Shown: positions 43,656 to 54,509 of the stretch, piece by piece
How the letters are laid out: each line of letters begins with the position of its first letter
How positions within the stretch are numbered: the stretch's first letter is position 1
Virus record (IMG/VR): IMGVR_UViG_3300042868_010462
Location: 64,001 to 128,000 of that record
Source: a virus
Length of the DNA: 64,000 nt
Reading direction: 5' to 3' (one strand)
The notes under the pieces: generated by a model
What the model saw: the letters and a program-made list of their open reading frames with translations, nothing else
Told to the model about the DNA's origin: nothing
Database searches by the model: none
Position numbers and translations under genes: made by a program

Positions 43656-45521
43656 TTACTTTACTTCTTCAAACTCTACATCTGAACCTGTAAAACCATC
43701 AGTGTTTTCAGTTTGTTCACTCACATTACTATAAAGTTCTTGGGTAATTTTTTGCATAATTGAATTAACATTATCTAACGCAGGGTCAATTTTTTCAATT
43801 TCACCAGTGTTTTTAGCCTCTTTTAATTCCTCCAAACCTTTTTTAACTTCTTCTTTGTGTTCATCAGAGATTTTTTCATCCAAATCCTTCAAAGTTTTCT
43901 CAATATTAAAGATTGTACTATCAGCCTCATTGATTTTTTCAGCTTTTTCTTTAGCTAATTTATCACTTTCAGCATTTTCCTCAGCTTCTCTCTTCATTCT
44001 GTCGATTTCTTCTTGTGAAAGTCCAGATGATGACTCAATTCTAATCGTTTGTTGTTTGTTTGTTCCCTTGTCTAAGGCCGAAACATTGATAATACCATTT
44101 GCATCGATGTCAAAAGTAACTTCGATTTGAGGAATACCTCTCATTGATGGTGGAATACCATCTAAATGGAATCTACCAATAGTTCTGTTGTCTTTTGCCA
44201 TTGGTCTTTCACCTTGTATTACGTGAATTTCAACAGAAGGTTGATTATCTACCGCAGTTGAGAAGATTTGTGACTTTTTGGTTGGAATTGTTGTATTTGC
44301 TTCGATTAATCTTGTCATTACACCACCCATTGTCTCAATTCCTAATGAAAGTGGGGTAACATCCAATAAAAGAACATCTTTTACATCACCAGCTAATACA
44401 CCACCTTGAATCGCAGCACCCAAAGCAACAACTTCGTCAGGATTTACACCTTTTGACGCTTCTTTTCCGAAAAACTTCTTAACTGCTTCTTGAATTGCAG
44501 GGATTCTAGTAGAACCACCAACCAAAATAACCTCATCAATGTCATTAATTGTCAATCCAGCGTTTTTAAGAGCTGATTTACAAGGTGCAATCGTTCTTTC
44601 AACCAATTTATCAATAATTTGTTCAAACTTTGCTCTTGTAAGTGTTTTTACAAGGTGTTTTGGTTGATTATCAATTACCATAAAGTAAGGTAAGTTAATT
44701 TCAGTACTTTGAGATGAAGATAATTCAATTTTTGCCTTCTCAGCTGCCTCTCTTAACCTTTGGATTGCCATAGAATCATCATTCCAAGCACCATTGTTCT
44801 CATTTTTGAACTCGTTTTTTAACCAATCAGAAATAGCATTGTCAAAGTCATCACCACCTAAGTGTGTATCACCATCGGTTGATAATACTTCAAATACACC
44901 ACCACCTAATTCTAGTACAGATACATCGTGTGTACCCCCACCACAGTCAAAAACAACGATTTTAGAGTCCTTGTTTTTCTTATCAAGACCATAAGCAAGA
45001 GCAGCTGCAGTTGGTTCATTGATAATTCTCTTAACTTTCAGACCCGCAATCTCACCAGCTTCTTTTGTTGCTTGTCTTTGAGCATCATTGAAGTAAGCAG
45101 GAACTGTGATAACGGCTTCAGTTACTTCTTGACCCAAATAATCTTCAGCAGTTTGTTTCATTTTCTGTAACACCATTGCTGAGATTTCTTGAGGTGAGAA
45201 TTGTTTATCATCAATCTCTACTCTTGGGGTGTTGTTTTTCCCTTTTACGACCTTATAAGGAACTCTCTTAACCTCTGACTTGGTTTCGTCATAATTTGAG
45301 CCCATAAAGCGTTTGATTGAATAAATTGTTTTGTCAGGATTGGTTACAGCTTGTCTTTTTGCTGGGTCTCCAATCTTTCTTTCACCATTGTCAACAAATC
45401 CAATGATTGAAGGGGTTGTTCTTTTACCTTCATTGTTTGTTATTACAATTGGTTCTCCATTTTCCATTACGGCTACACACGAGTTTGTAGTCCCTAAATC
45501 GATTCCAATAATTTTACTCAT
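43656..45521 (-). CDS. dnaK: DnaK/Hsp70 chaperone
   Basis: [42 protein letters not shown]; likely start MSKII at 45521. Confidence 0.97.
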   Translation of the reverse strand: MSKIIGIDLGTTNSCVAVMENGEPIVITNNEGKRTTPSIIGFVDNGERKIGDPAKRQAVTNPDKTIYSIKRFMGSNYDETKSEVKRVPYKVVKGKNNTPRVEIDDKQFSPQEISAMVLQKMKQTAEDYLGQEVTEAVITVPAYFNDAQRQATKEAGEIAGLKVKRIINEPTAAALAYGLDKKNKDSKIVVFDCGGGTHDVSVLELGGGVFEVLSTDGDTHLGGDDFDNAISDWLKNEFKNENNGAWNDDSMAIQRLREAAEKAKIELSSSQSTEINLPYFMVIDNQPKHLVKTLTRAKFEQIIDKLVERTIAPCKSALKNAGLTINDIDEVILVGGSTRIPAIQEAVKKFFGKEASKGVNPDEVVALGAAIQGGVLAGDVKDVLLLDVTPLSLGIETMGGVMTRLIEANTTIPTKKSQIFSTAVDNQPSVEIHVIQGERPMAKDNRTIGRFHLDGIPPSMRGIPQIEVTFDIDANGIINVSALDKGTNKQQTIRIESSSGLSQEEIDRMKREAEENAESDKLAKEKAEKINEADSTIFNIEKTLKDLDEKISDEHKEEVKKGLEELKEAKNTGEIEKIDPALDNVNSIMQKITQELYSNVSEQTENTDGFTGSDVEFEEVK

Positions 45522-45620
45522 ATTTTGTTCGTTTTTGTTTGAATTATATTGTTTATTTTTTATGTAGTCAATTCTACTCACAAACATTTGTTATAAAAAA
45601 TTAATCCAAACCTTTTTAAC

Positions 45621-45635
45621 CTGACAAATTGTCAG
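45621..45635. promoter_or_regulatory. Palindromic CTGACA-N3-TGTCAG operator upstream of dnaK
   Basis: ctgacaaattgtcag; shared with the clpC-like upstream region. Confidence 0.6.
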
Positions 45636-45726
45636 TTTTAATGACAAAACATAATTTTTTTTATTATTTTTATAAAAAAATTGATTTTTCTAAAATCTTA
45701 TCGTATTTATTCCTAAAAGAAAAAAA

Positions 45727-45762
45727 ATGGACATCAATCTAAACAACATATACAATTTTTAA
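45727..45762 (+). CDS. Asn-rich leader peptide MDINLNNIYNF
   Basis: 11 codons, 4 of them Asn, immediately before a terminator and the AsnRS-like gene. Confidence 0.65.
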   Translation: MDINLNNIYNF

Positions 45763-45767
45763 TTCAT

Positions 45768-45797
45768 AACCCCCTTATTATTAGGGGGCTTTTTTTT
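45768..45797 (+). terminator. Intrinsic terminator in the 5' leader of the AsnRS-like gene
   Basis: CCCCCT-tattatt-AGGGGG-c-TTTTTTTT. Confidence 0.75.
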
Positions 45798-45827
45798 ATA
45801 AACCAATAAACAAAATTAATAACAAAA

Positions 45828-46661
45828 ATGAAAAACACACAAATCTACAACGAGTTAGTACAAAAGATGAGAAACTTTTTCCAAGCCAAAGGTTTCTTGG
45901 AGGTTCCAACACAATCTAGACTTTCAATCCTTGCCGCTTGTGAAAATCCACATAGCATCACAAAATTTGAATATTCAGGTGAAATTTGGCCTTTACCACA
46001 AACAGGTCAAATGTGGTTGGAATATGAATTACTTCTAAATCCTGAATTTCCTGGTGTATATTGTATCTCCACATCATACAGACAAGAAGCAAACCCAATC
46101 CCTGGTCGTCACGACTTAATCTTCCCTATGTTCGAAGTTGAAACAAAAGGAACTAAAGAAGATATGGTTAAACTTCAAGCGGAAATGTTAGAATATTTGG
46201 GATTTGATATTCCAATAGTTGTAGATTATAATGAACTTTGTGAAAAATACGGAACTGAAATCCTTGAAGCTGAACACGAAACAAAAATGTGGAATGAAAT
46301 CGGTGATTCTATCTCACTTCAAAACTTCCCATTGAGAACAAATCCTTTTTGGAATATGCAAAAGGGTGAAGGTGACAAATTCCAAAAGGTTGATGTTATC
46401 CTTTTCGGTCAAGAAACAATCGGTTCTGCTGAAAGAAGTTGTGATAAAGAAAGTATGAAAGAAATGTTCTACACAATCGAAGGTGGGAACTACTCAGCAA
46501 AACTTTTTGAATTATTTGGTAAGGAAAGAGTAGAAAAAGAATTGGAACATTTCTTATCTTTGGATTTCTTCCCAAGATTTGGATGGGGTTGTGGCCTTAC
46601 AAGATTGGCAAGAGCTTATGAATTGAATCTTACAAAAAAACTTACTGAAGCAATCATTTAA
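45828..46661 (+). CDS. Class II aaRS catalytic-core protein (AsnRS-derived, archaeal-type asparagine synthetase-like)
   Basis: GFLEVPT (motif 1), SYRQE...RH...FPMFE (motif 2), ETIGSAER, GWGCGLTRL (motif 3); no anticodon-binding domain. Confidence 0.75.
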   Translation: MKNTQIYNELVQKMRNFFQAKGFLEVPTQSRLSILAACENPHSITKFEYSGEIWPLPQTGQMWLEYELLLNPEFPGVYCISTSYRQEANPIPGRHDLIFPMFEVETKGTKEDMVKLQAEMLEYLGFDIPIVVDYNELCEKYGTEILEAEHETKMWNEIGDSISLQNFPLRTNPFWNMQKGEGDKFQKVDVILFGQETIGSAERSCDKESMKEMFYTIEGGNYSAKLFELFGKERVEKELEHFLSLDFFPRFGWGCGLTRLARAYELNLTKKLTEAII

Positions 46662-46663
46662 TT

Positions 46664-46849
46664 ATGGCGAAAAAACTAAACCCTGAACCTCAAATGACAC
46701 AAGATACCAAATCAGAAGTTGTTATAGACCACGGAGATATCATCCAAATATGGAAATATGACAAAAAATTGGGTAGAAATGCCTATGAAGTGGAAAATGT
46801 TTATAAAGGGGAAGCTAAGTTTAGTAAATTAAAAAAGGGGTCGAAATAG
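46664..46849 (+). CDS. Hypothetical protein
   Basis: 61-aa ORF ending in a terminator. Confidence 0.55.
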   Translation: MAKKLNPEPQMTQDTKSEVVIDHGDIIQIWKYDKKLGRNAYEVENVYKGEAKFSKLKKGSK

Positions 46850-46861
46850 ACCCCCTTTTTT

Positions 46862-47539
46862 TTATTCTTTTTCCTCTTTTCCTGAGTATTTAACCCCCAT
46901 TATTGTACCGATTATACTAAATGCGTTAGTTAATAATATACCTAACATATTTGACCAAGTAGAACCAATCATTTGTGTATCTTTGTTTATTACTAAAGCC
47001 AAAATATACATAAATGTGGTTATAATACCGATAGATATAATAACACCTAATGCAATTCTCACGATGTTACCAATTAATTCGGTTTGTTTTTTCTTTTGTA
47101 GAACATCCAAATCATTAACCGCTGCAGTTTTGGCTTCTTCTGCTTGGATTCTTGCTAATTCTGACTTGGCCATCTCTTGTTGAAGTTCCACACTCATTCT
47201 TTGGTTGTCTTGTTGCCAAGCAAGTAACTCTCTATTTTGAACTTCGAAAGTCATTTTTGCCTCCTCAACCTCTTTCAAAGAAACTTGGAGTTCATCCATT
47301 ATTCTTTGATTTTCAGTATTGAGTTCAATTAGTTCTTTGTTCTTTTCCTGAACTTGTTTTGTTATTTCTAACCTTTTTTTTCTTGTTTCTTTATCTTTAT
47401 CCTTACAATTCTCAACATATTTAGCAAAATCAGGGTCATCTGAAGAGTCAATAATCTTCAAAATATTACCTTCTAAACCAATATTTTTCTTTTCGAGTAA
47501 TTCTATTAACTCTTGTTTTGTTTCCTTATTAAATTTCAT
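46862..47539 (-). CDS. Coiled-coil protein with two C-terminal TM helices
   Basis: Stop/start overlap with the response regulator gene. Confidence 0.7.
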   Translation of the reverse strand: MKFNKETKQELIELLEKKNIGLEGNILKIIDSSDDPDFAKYVENCKDKDKETRKKRLEITKQVQEKNKELIELNTENQRIMDELQVSLKEVEEAKMTFEVQNRELLAWQQDNQRMSVELQQEMAKSELARIQAEEAKTAAVNDLDVLQKKKQTELIGNIVRIALGVIISIGIITTFMYILALVINKDTQMIGSTWSNMLGILLTNAFSIIGTIMGVKYSGKEEKE

Positions 47540-47973
47540 TATTTATACACCTTAAATGAGGCAGTTCTTTTTTTATAGCCTTCATAATCTTTTTTGAATT
47601 CTTCTAATCTAGGTTCGATATCATCAGATTTTATAATCCAAAATTGTGCGCCAGCTTGAACAGCTTTAGCTTGTTCTTCAGGTTCATTAGATGAGGATAT
47701 AATCCCTATAACCACATTATTACCATACTCAAAGTTAATCTTTCTAATCAATTCTATACCATCAAAGGAAGAACCAATTATATTTAAATCAACAAATACA
47801 CACTCAGGTCTATCTGAATAATCACCACCCAACCATTTTTGAAAAAGTTTAGCGGCTTCATCAGAACTATTCAATGATTTTAGTGATAAACTAATATCTA
47901 ATAAAGAACAAGCGTCTTCAAAAACTAAATGGAACAAGTCCTCATCATCTACCAACATTAACGAATCAATCAT
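47539..47973 (-). CDS. Single-domain response regulator (receiver)
   Basis: LMLVDDED, PECVFVDLN, DGIELI, ISSS, AGAQFWIIK. Confidence 0.88.
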   Translation of the reverse strand: MIDSLMLVDDEDLFHLVFEDACSLLDISLSLKSLNSSDEAAKLFQKWLGGDYSDRPECVFVDLNIIGSSFDGIELIRKINFEYGNNVVIGIISSSNEPEEQAKAVQAGAQFWIIKSDDIEPRLEEFKKDYEGYKKRTASFKVYK

Positions 47974-47987
47974 TTTTTGTTTTTTTT

Positions 47988-50111
47988 TTATTTTATGTTT
48001 ATTTTCATTTTAGTACCAATATCATTTTTTTCACATGTAATTTCAAATCCGTGTTCTTCTAAAATTGCAACACAAATATTTAACCCTAATCCTGTACCAC
48101 TCTCTTTTTGTCCTTCTTTTCTTGTATATGGTTTTGATAAATGGTCGAAATCTTGTTGAGTGATTCCTCTACCATTATCTTGTATTATTAACAAATCCCC
48201 CTCCATAAATATTTTAACAAATTTCGTATCAGAATCGTTATATTTCAAACCATTTCTTATCAGATTATCAATTGATGTACAAAACAATGACTCATTCACA
48301 TCTTTAGTTATTAATTCCTCGATATGAACCTGACTTTTGTATGAGGTTGTTGTTAAGTAACTTTCTAAAATACTTTTTAGATTACATTCTGTTTTATTTA
48401 ATACAACATCTTTTTTTACTAAGTTTGTAAATTCATAAACACCTTTATAAACTTTTTGAGCATGGCTCAACCCATCTTTAATCATTTTAAATGGTGCTGT
48501 TATTTTTAACTCCTCTATTTGTTCAATAGTTAATCTTCGTTCTAATGAACTAACTCCCCTAGGTATGTATGTGTTAATACCTGAGTGCATATCGTGTCTT
48601 AGAATCTTTGCTGCGTGTTCTAAATAAGTGTTCTTTTTCTCAATTTCTATTGATTGTGTAATTCTATCAGTTATATCTGTTGCAATTTTCATTACTCTTT
48701 GTACTTTACCATCTATATCAAATACAGGATTATATGAAGCTTGAATCCAAACTTTGTTTTTATCTTTAGTAAACCTTAAAAACTCATCAGTAACATATTC
48801 TCCACTTTTTAACAATTTCCAAAACTCTTTATATTCAGGAGATTTTGAATATTCCTTTGAAACAAAAATCTTATGATGTTTACCTTTTAATTCTTTTTCT
48901 TCATAACCCATTTTTTCACAGAATAAACTATTAGCAAACATAATTTTACCATCCAAATCAAACTCAATAACCATATTCGATGTATTAATAGCATTCATCC
49001 TATTTTTTATATCAATTTCTTTTTTCTTGACTTCTGTTACATCATATCTGATTGACATATACCCCAAAAACTTACCATTTTCATCAAAATCACCTTTTAT
49101 ATATGAATCAACCCAATATAAGTTACCATTTTTATCCCTATTTGTAACAATCTCATTCCAAATCTTTTTCTCAACGACAACATCTTTGTACATATTAGCC
49201 CAAAACTCCTTGGGATGTTTACCCGAATTAACAATACTATGGTCTTTTCCTCTTACTTCATCTAAAGACCATCCAGATACTTCCTCAAACTTTTTATTTA
49301 CATATGTTATTCTACCTTTATTGTCCGCTTTAGAAACCAAAACAGATGTATCAACAAACTTTTCGAACTCTTGTAAATTACCTCTCAAAATATTACTTTC
49401 TTTAACCGAATAAGCAAAAGAATATAGTGATGATAACATTTGAGCAAAGTTAACTTCTAATCCAATCCATTCCCTTAATGTTTTACTCTCAATACACACA
49501 ACACCAATTACATCGCCTCTGTACATAATTGGAACATCCAACATAGATTTAATACCAAGGGGTTTCAAATACCCTTCAACAAAACAATATGTTGCGGTAT
49601 GAGTTTCAGCATTGTTTGCAATAATAATCGGATTGATTTCTAAGTGTTCAAAATAGGCGATAAAATCTTTTTTATACATTTCCGCCCCACTATACCATTC
49701 ATCTTCTTTTTTAATATAAAGTTGTTGACAGATAATTGAGGTTTTATCTGAATTATATAACCAAATTGAACATCTATCAGCATCAATTGATTCTGTTACT
49801 TCCTTTGTTAAAGTTTTTGCCCCATCCTTTACATTTCCTTGATAAAATAATGAATTGTGTGATTGTGATATAAGAACTTTGTTAAGTTTTTTGGAGTATT
49901 GTGTTAATTTTATATTATGTTTTAATTTATTAGTATATTCTTTTACCAAGATTGAAAAGAATGGTAAAAAAACAATAAAACAAGATAATTCAATTATTTT
50001 GATTAATTGTAGTGCGTCATTTATAAAAAATAATGAAATCATCTTCATTATAAAGAAAATTGACATAATTAAAACTGAAAAGTAAATAGAAATTTTAACC
50101 TTGATTGACAT
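47988..50111 (-). CDS. Membrane sensor histidine kinase (2TM-GAF-PAS-PAS-HisKA-HATPase)
   Basis: ADRCSIW GAF, two PAS/PAC repeats, LRHDMHSG, NLIRNGLKY, DNGRGI, GTGLGL. Confidence 0.9.
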   Translation of the reverse strand: MSIKVKISIYFSVLIMSIFFIMKMISLFFINDALQLIKIIELSCFIVFLPFFSILVKEYTNKLKHNIKLTQYSKKLNKVLISQSHNSLFYQGNVKDGAKTLTKEVTESIDADRCSIWLYNSDKTSIICQQLYIKKEDEWYSGAEMYKKDFIAYFEHLEINPIIIANNAETHTATYCFVEGYLKPLGIKSMLDVPIMYRGDVIGVVCIESKTLREWIGLEVNFAQMLSSLYSFAYSVKESNILRGNLQEFEKFVDTSVLVSKADNKGRITYVNKKFEEVSGWSLDEVRGKDHSIVNSGKHPKEFWANMYKDVVVEKKIWNEIVTNRDKNGNLYWVDSYIKGDFDENGKFLGYMSIRYDVTEVKKKEIDIKNRMNAINTSNMVIEFDLDGKIMFANSLFCEKMGYEEKELKGKHHKIFVSKEYSKSPEYKEFWKLLKSGEYVTDEFLRFTKDKNKVWIQASYNPVFDIDGKVQRVMKIATDITDRITQSIEIEKKNTYLEHAAKILRHDMHSGINTYIPRGVSSLERRLTIEQIEELKITAPFKMIKDGLSHAQKVYKGVYEFTNLVKKDVVLNKTECNLKSILESYLTTTSYKSQVHIEELITKDVNESLFCTSIDNLIRNGLKYNDSDTKFVKIFMEGDLLIIQDNGRGITQQDFDHLSKPYTRKEGQKESGTGLGLNICVAILEEHGFEITCEKNDIGTKMKINIK

Positions 50112-50185
50112 AATTGATAACTTTTTTTTATATAAATACTAACTGAACCTAGTTAATTGGTATTTATAAAAAAAACTATAAAACT

Positions 50186-50989
50186 ATGTTAAAAATCGGT
50201 TCACAAGGAGAATTAGTTAAACAACTCCAAACAAAATTAGGCGTTACTGCCGATGGTGCATTCGGTCCTGGTACTGACAAAGCACTTAAAGAATGGCAAA
50301 CTAAAAATGGTTTAGTTGCTGATGGTATTGCAGGTCCTGCAACACTTGAGAAAATGGGGGTATCTCTTCCAAAAGTCGAAAAAGAGACATTAAAATTGGA
50401 CAAACTTAAAGGACAAATTCCTGATTCAGTAATCAATGAAATTAATGCCAATGGTGAAAAGTTCGGTATTATCACGAATTTGAGATTGACACACTTTTTA
50501 GCACAATGTTCAACAGAATCAGGTAACTTCAAAGCTGTTAATGAGAATCTTAATTACTCAAAGGATGGTTTGATGAAAATTTTTCCAAAGTATTTTCCTG
50601 GTAACTTAGCTGAATCTTACGCTTATAAACCTGAGAAAATTGCATCTCGTGTTTATGGAAGTAGATTGGGTAATGGTGATGAAACAACTAAAGAAGGTTG
50701 GAAATATCGTGGAGCAGGTTTTATACAGTTGACAGGAAAAGACAACTTCAAAAAATTTGGTGAGTTTTTAGGTGAAGATTTAGTAACAAATCCAGACTTA
50801 GTTGCAACGAAATACCCTTTAACTTCCGCAGCATTCTTTTTCAATAGTAACAATCTTTGGTCTGTTTGCGACCGTGGTACTGGTGAAGATGTTGTAACAG
50901 AAGTAAGTAGAAGAGTAAATGGTGGATTCAATGGTTTAGACCACAGAAAACACGAGTTCAAAAGATTCGAAAAATTACTTTTAGCTTAA
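50186..50989 (+). CDS. Endolysin: PG-binding domain plus GH19 domain
   Basis: LKIGSQGELVKQLQ...ADGIAGPAT; HFLAQCSTESG, ENLNYS, YRGAGFIQLTGKDN, VNGGFNGL. Confidence 0.9.
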   Translation: MLKIGSQGELVKQLQTKLGVTADGAFGPGTDKALKEWQTKNGLVADGIAGPATLEKMGVSLPKVEKETLKLDKLKGQIPDSVINEINANGEKFGIITNLRLTHFLAQCSTESGNFKAVNENLNYSKDGLMKIFPKYFPGNLAESYAYKPEKIASRVYGSRLGNGDETTKEGWKYRGAGFIQLTGKDNFKKFGEFLGEDLVTNPDLVATKYPLTSAAFFFNSNNLWSVCDRGTGEDVVTEVSRRVNGGFNGLDHRKHEFKRFEKLLLA

Positions 50990-51025
50990 AAAAATTAAAC
51001 CCCACTTTTTAGGTGGGGTTTTTTA

Positions 51026-51706
51026 TTATAAGAACTCAATTTCGTTTGTCTCAGGATTCCATTCGATTGTAAGTGGTTTGTGATGGTAATTATAACTTTC
51101 ATTTAATACTGCGGCATTAATGTAGTGAGTGTCACCATCAAATGTGTAACCATATCCTGTGTGAATGTGTCCACACACATGAATCTTTGGTTTAATTTCT
51201 TTGATTCTATCAGTCAATAATTCACAACCAAGATTTTCAGGTCTACCAATTACTTTATCAACATAACCATAAGCAGGTCCGTGAGTAATTAATATGTCTG
51301 TATTATTTGGAATGTTACCCCACTTTTCTTTTAACTCATAACCATTCCTTGGAAGATTGAATGCCCAATTATAAAACTCAGGTTGCCAAGGACTACCATA
51401 AACACTTACAAGTTTTTCACCCACCAATACTTCATTATCTTCTATATATGTTATGTCACTATAGAAGTCCAAGATTTCTTTTACTTTCTCAGTATTGATT
51501 TGGAATCCCCAATCGTGGTTACCCGCAATGAATACTTTGTGAGTGTAATTGTCCAAACTATTGTACCATTTACAGAACTCACGAATTTCGTGTTCATAAC
51601 CCATAGAAGATATATCACCAGCATGGATTAACAAATCACCACCAGGTAAATCATCAGTAACAAACTTGTGTTTGTTGTGTGTGTCAGATATAAATGTTAT
51701 TTTCAT
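51026..51706 (-). CDS. Calcineurin-like metallophosphoesterase
   Basis: SDTH, HAGD, AGNHD, THGP, GHIH. Confidence 0.9.
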   Translation of the reverse strand: MKITFISDTHNKHKFVTDDLPGGDLLIHAGDISSMGYEHEIREFCKWYNSLDNYTHKVFIAGNHDWGFQINTEKVKEILDFYSDITYIEDNEVLVGEKLVSVYGSPWQPEFYNWAFNLPRNGYELKEKWGNIPNNTDILITHGPAYGYVDKVIGRPENLGCELLTDRIKEIKPKIHVCGHIHTGYGYTFDGDTHYINAAVLNESYNYHHKPLTIEWNPETNEIEFL

Positions 51707-51769
51707 AATTGTTGTATTGTCTTTATTTTAATACAAATATAAAGATATTTATGAATAAAAAATACAAAA

Positions 51770-52750
51770 ATGAAAACAATTATTAGATTAACAGAAAATG
51801 ATTTATACAAAATTGTTAAGAGAGTAATCTCAGAACAAGTAAGTGATGAAAACAAAGCAGGAAATTACCTTAAAAATAGTGTCCCATATTCTTTCAAAGG
51901 TCTATTTCCAATAAGACCAGATGTACAAAGTGCAACAATAACCTTCGATAGAACCCTTGGTAACATACCATCACCTCAAATTACCAAACAACCTATCAAT
52001 GTTGCAGGTATTGAAAATGGTGTTCATTTTTTTATTAAAGATGAATCAGAAAGTCTGAAGTCTTATTTGAACTCCGTTTTGACTATGAACCTAAATAGTC
52101 TTGCAGGAAAACTAACAATAAATGGACAACCTTTAGACCAAGGGAGACCAGTTGACGAACCAAATGTAGGACCTACTTTTTACACAATTAGTAATGAGTT
52201 TAATAAATTGATTGGTGACCTTTCTTCAGGATTAGGTTTGTCAGGAAATCTGAACCCAAACAACGTTATGACATTTGTTAATTCAGTACCATCTATGACT
52301 AGAGATGAATTAAATAATATTATGAGAGCTGTAGAAAGTTTCAGAAAAGCATTCGGAAACTTCAAGACTGAGTTTGAAAAAAAGGGTGTTCAAGGACTTG
52401 ATTTAGGTAAATTTTCTAACGTTGAAAAATATGGTCAAGCTTACTTTGGTGATAAAATGCAAGTGTATCTAACATTACAAGTTGATGATACAGGTGATGA
52501 CCAATTGGATTCTAAATATGAAACATTCCGTGATATGATTGGACAACAATATTTGGAATTTGTAAAAAATGGAATAAAACAGAATAACATTTTTATACCT
52601 TCTTTAGAATCATTGTTTAAGGCGAGTCCAAGAATTAAAAACGAAATTGATAAAGGCGGTATTGGGGGAATGAACAAACTAAATCCTAAAATAAGTAAAC
52701 TTGTTGTTGTGGTTTATTCACCAAATCCTGGAGGTGTAGAACTTGCTTAA
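51770..52750 (+). CDS. LTENDL-leader hypothetical protein
   Basis: MKTIIRLTENDLYKIVKRVISEQ; TATTTAT at 51746-51752. Confidence 0.75.
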   Translation: MKTIIRLTENDLYKIVKRVISEQVSDENKAGNYLKNSVPYSFKGLFPIRPDVQSATITFDRTLGNIPSPQITKQPINVAGIENGVHFFIKDESESLKSYLNSVLTMNLNSLAGKLTINGQPLDQGRPVDEPNVGPTFYTISNEFNKLIGDLSSGLGLSGNLNPNNVMTFVNSVPSMTRDELNNIMRAVESFRKAFGNFKTEFEKKGVQGLDLGKFSNVEKYGQAYFGDKMQVYLTLQVDDTGDDQLDSKYETFRDMIGQQYLEFVKNGIKQNNIFIPSLESLFKASPRIKNEIDKGGIGGMNKLNPKISKLVVVVYSPNPGGVELA

Positions 52751-52783
52751 AATATAAAAACACTACTTACGTAGTGTTTTTTT

Positions 52784-53506
52784 TTACCATTCCTTGTCTT
52801 GGAAGTCTGTGTAGTAAACCTTATTAGTGTAGTTAAATGAAAACTTTTCATTCTTGATTAGAGTTTTACAATAGTCTTTGTTTGGAAGTGATTTAGATAA
52901 GTAACTCATAAATGTTCTATCAATCCAAGCGGCTAATACATCATCCTTGTCATTACTATTGATATTCATCTTTTCTTCTGAGGATAGTGAATTGAACCAA
53001 GTCATAGCTAATGTGTAACTTTTATCAGTTATTCTATCAAAGTGAACTTCAACAGACTCAACTAATCTACCATTGTAAATCAACTCCACTCTAAAATCAT
53101 ACTTTGTTTTGTACTCAACAATACTATCAACGTAGAAAATAGAAAAAGGAATGTAATTCAAAGAATAATTTACCTTTTGATTCAAGTCAATTTTTAATCT
53201 TGTGGTATTGAAAGAAATGAAACTAGGTTTTGAATGATTGTCAATTGAAAAAACAGAATTAACCTCAGTTACATATTTTTGGGCATCAACAAACATAATA
53301 TCATCACCATCGAAGTAATGTTTGTTTTTATTAACATCATTACCTTCAGCAATGTACAATTTGTTAGTTCTTATGATACCATTAGTAACATCAGAAATTG
53401 TGTCAATTGATTTAGATGGTAATGTTAAATCACCTACCATCATTGTAACTTGACAAAAAATAGATGTGGAAACCAAAAATGAAAGGAATAAAATACTTGT
53501 TCTCAT
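52784..53506 (-). CDS. Exported hypothetical protein
   Basis: Signal peptide. Confidence 0.65.
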   Translation of the reverse strand: MRTSILFLSFLVSTSIFCQVTMMVGDLTLPSKSIDTISDVTNGIIRTNKLYIAEGNDVNKNKHYFDGDDIMFVDAQKYVTEVNSVFSIDNHSKPSFISFNTTRLKIDLNQKVNYSLNYIPFSIFYVDSIVEYKTKYDFRVELIYNGRLVESVEVHFDRITDKSYTLAMTWFNSLSSEEKMNINSNDKDDVLAAWIDRTFMSYLSKSLPNKDYCKTLIKNEKFSFNYTNKVYYTDFQDKEW

Positions 53507-53584
53507 AATCTCATCGTTTTTTTTTACAAGATAAACATATTTATTATAAAATAATAGAAAATAAAAAAAATTAAAAAATAAATT

Positions 53585-53962
53585 ATGAGAAGAACTGTAA
53601 GATTAACTGAAAGTGATTTAGTTAAATTAGTAAAAAGAGTAATCAGTGAACAAGCAACAAGTTGTATGGAACCATTACAATCTCATTTAGAGGGTATGAT
53701 GAACTTAGGTCCTAATTTCAAAGAAGGCCAAAAGAAACCATATAGAGATTTGCTTATTCAAAATTGTAGTGCTCTTGAAAGTTACATAAAAAGTAACCCT
53801 AATGTACAATTTGGTACAGAAACATTAAAAGCAAATAAGACAGCATTTGCATGTGTAACTTCTGTTAATTTTGGCAACAAAGAAGAGGATAAAGATATGG
53901 CTGTTGCTTTAGCTAAAGTTGGGGCTTTTGTAAATTGTGTAAAAGGTTCTGGTGGTAAATAA
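53585..53962 (+). CDS. LTESDL-leader hypothetical protein
   Basis: MRRTVRLTESDLVKLVKRVISEQ; TATTTAT at 53538-53544. Confidence 0.75.
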   Translation: MRRTVRLTESDLVKLVKRVISEQATSCMEPLQSHLEGMMNLGPNFKEGQKKPYRDLLIQNCSALESYIKSNPNVQFGTETLKANKTAFACVTSVNFGNKEEDKDMAVALAKVGAFVNCVKGSGGK

Positions 53963-54020
53963 AAAAAAAGGATAATTATTATAAAAAAAACGAACTTAAA
54001 CTAAGTTCGTTTTTTTTTAT

Positions 54021-54509
54021 TTAATCGAAGTGTGTTACTAAATAATCATTCTTTTGACTATAATATATAGACACAAAAAACATCTTTTTTTCTGATGAGT
54101 TCTTTGATTTATATTCTATTACGATTCTTTCACCTTTATCCGATAAAAAATGTCTTGAGCTATGATAAGGAGTTCCCTCTTCATACAAAAAGGTTAAAAA
54201 TAAAAATTTTTTTTCGATATCAGAATTACTATTAAGCACCAATAGATTTTCATATTCATAAAAAGTAATTAAATTATTTTGTTCCTCAATTATTCTATCA
54301 TCATCGAGTGTACGTATTTGTTTTATGTTAGAATCCAAAGTGTCTATTCTACTATCAATTAAATCAGTTTTATTAAAATAAAAACCAATTTCTTTGAGTC
54401 CTTCTAATTCTAATGAATCCCATGTTGGTTCAGAATTAGGTATTCTTGATTGAGAATTAATATTTTGGGATGTAAAAACGAACAAGAAAAATAAAATTAA
54501 ATTTTTCAT
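54021..54509 (-). CDS. Exported hypothetical protein
   Basis: Signal-peptide-like N-terminus. Confidence 0.6.
   Translation of the reverse strand: MKNLILFFLFVFTSQNINSQSRIPNSEPTWDSLELEGLKEIGFYFNKTDLIDSRIDTLDSNIKQIRTLDDDRIIEEQNNLITFYEYENLLVLNSNSDIEKKFLFLTFLYEEGTPYHSSRHFLSDKGERIVIEYKSKNSSEKKMFFVSIYYSQKNDYLVTHFD

Noticed and set aside
4331-45587. Bacterial chromosome origin suggested by clpC, dnaK and guaC
   Set aside because: These genes are isolated from their usual operon partners (grpE, dnaJ, clpP) and sit among phage-type ORFs, lysins, homing nucleases and divergent tRNAs.
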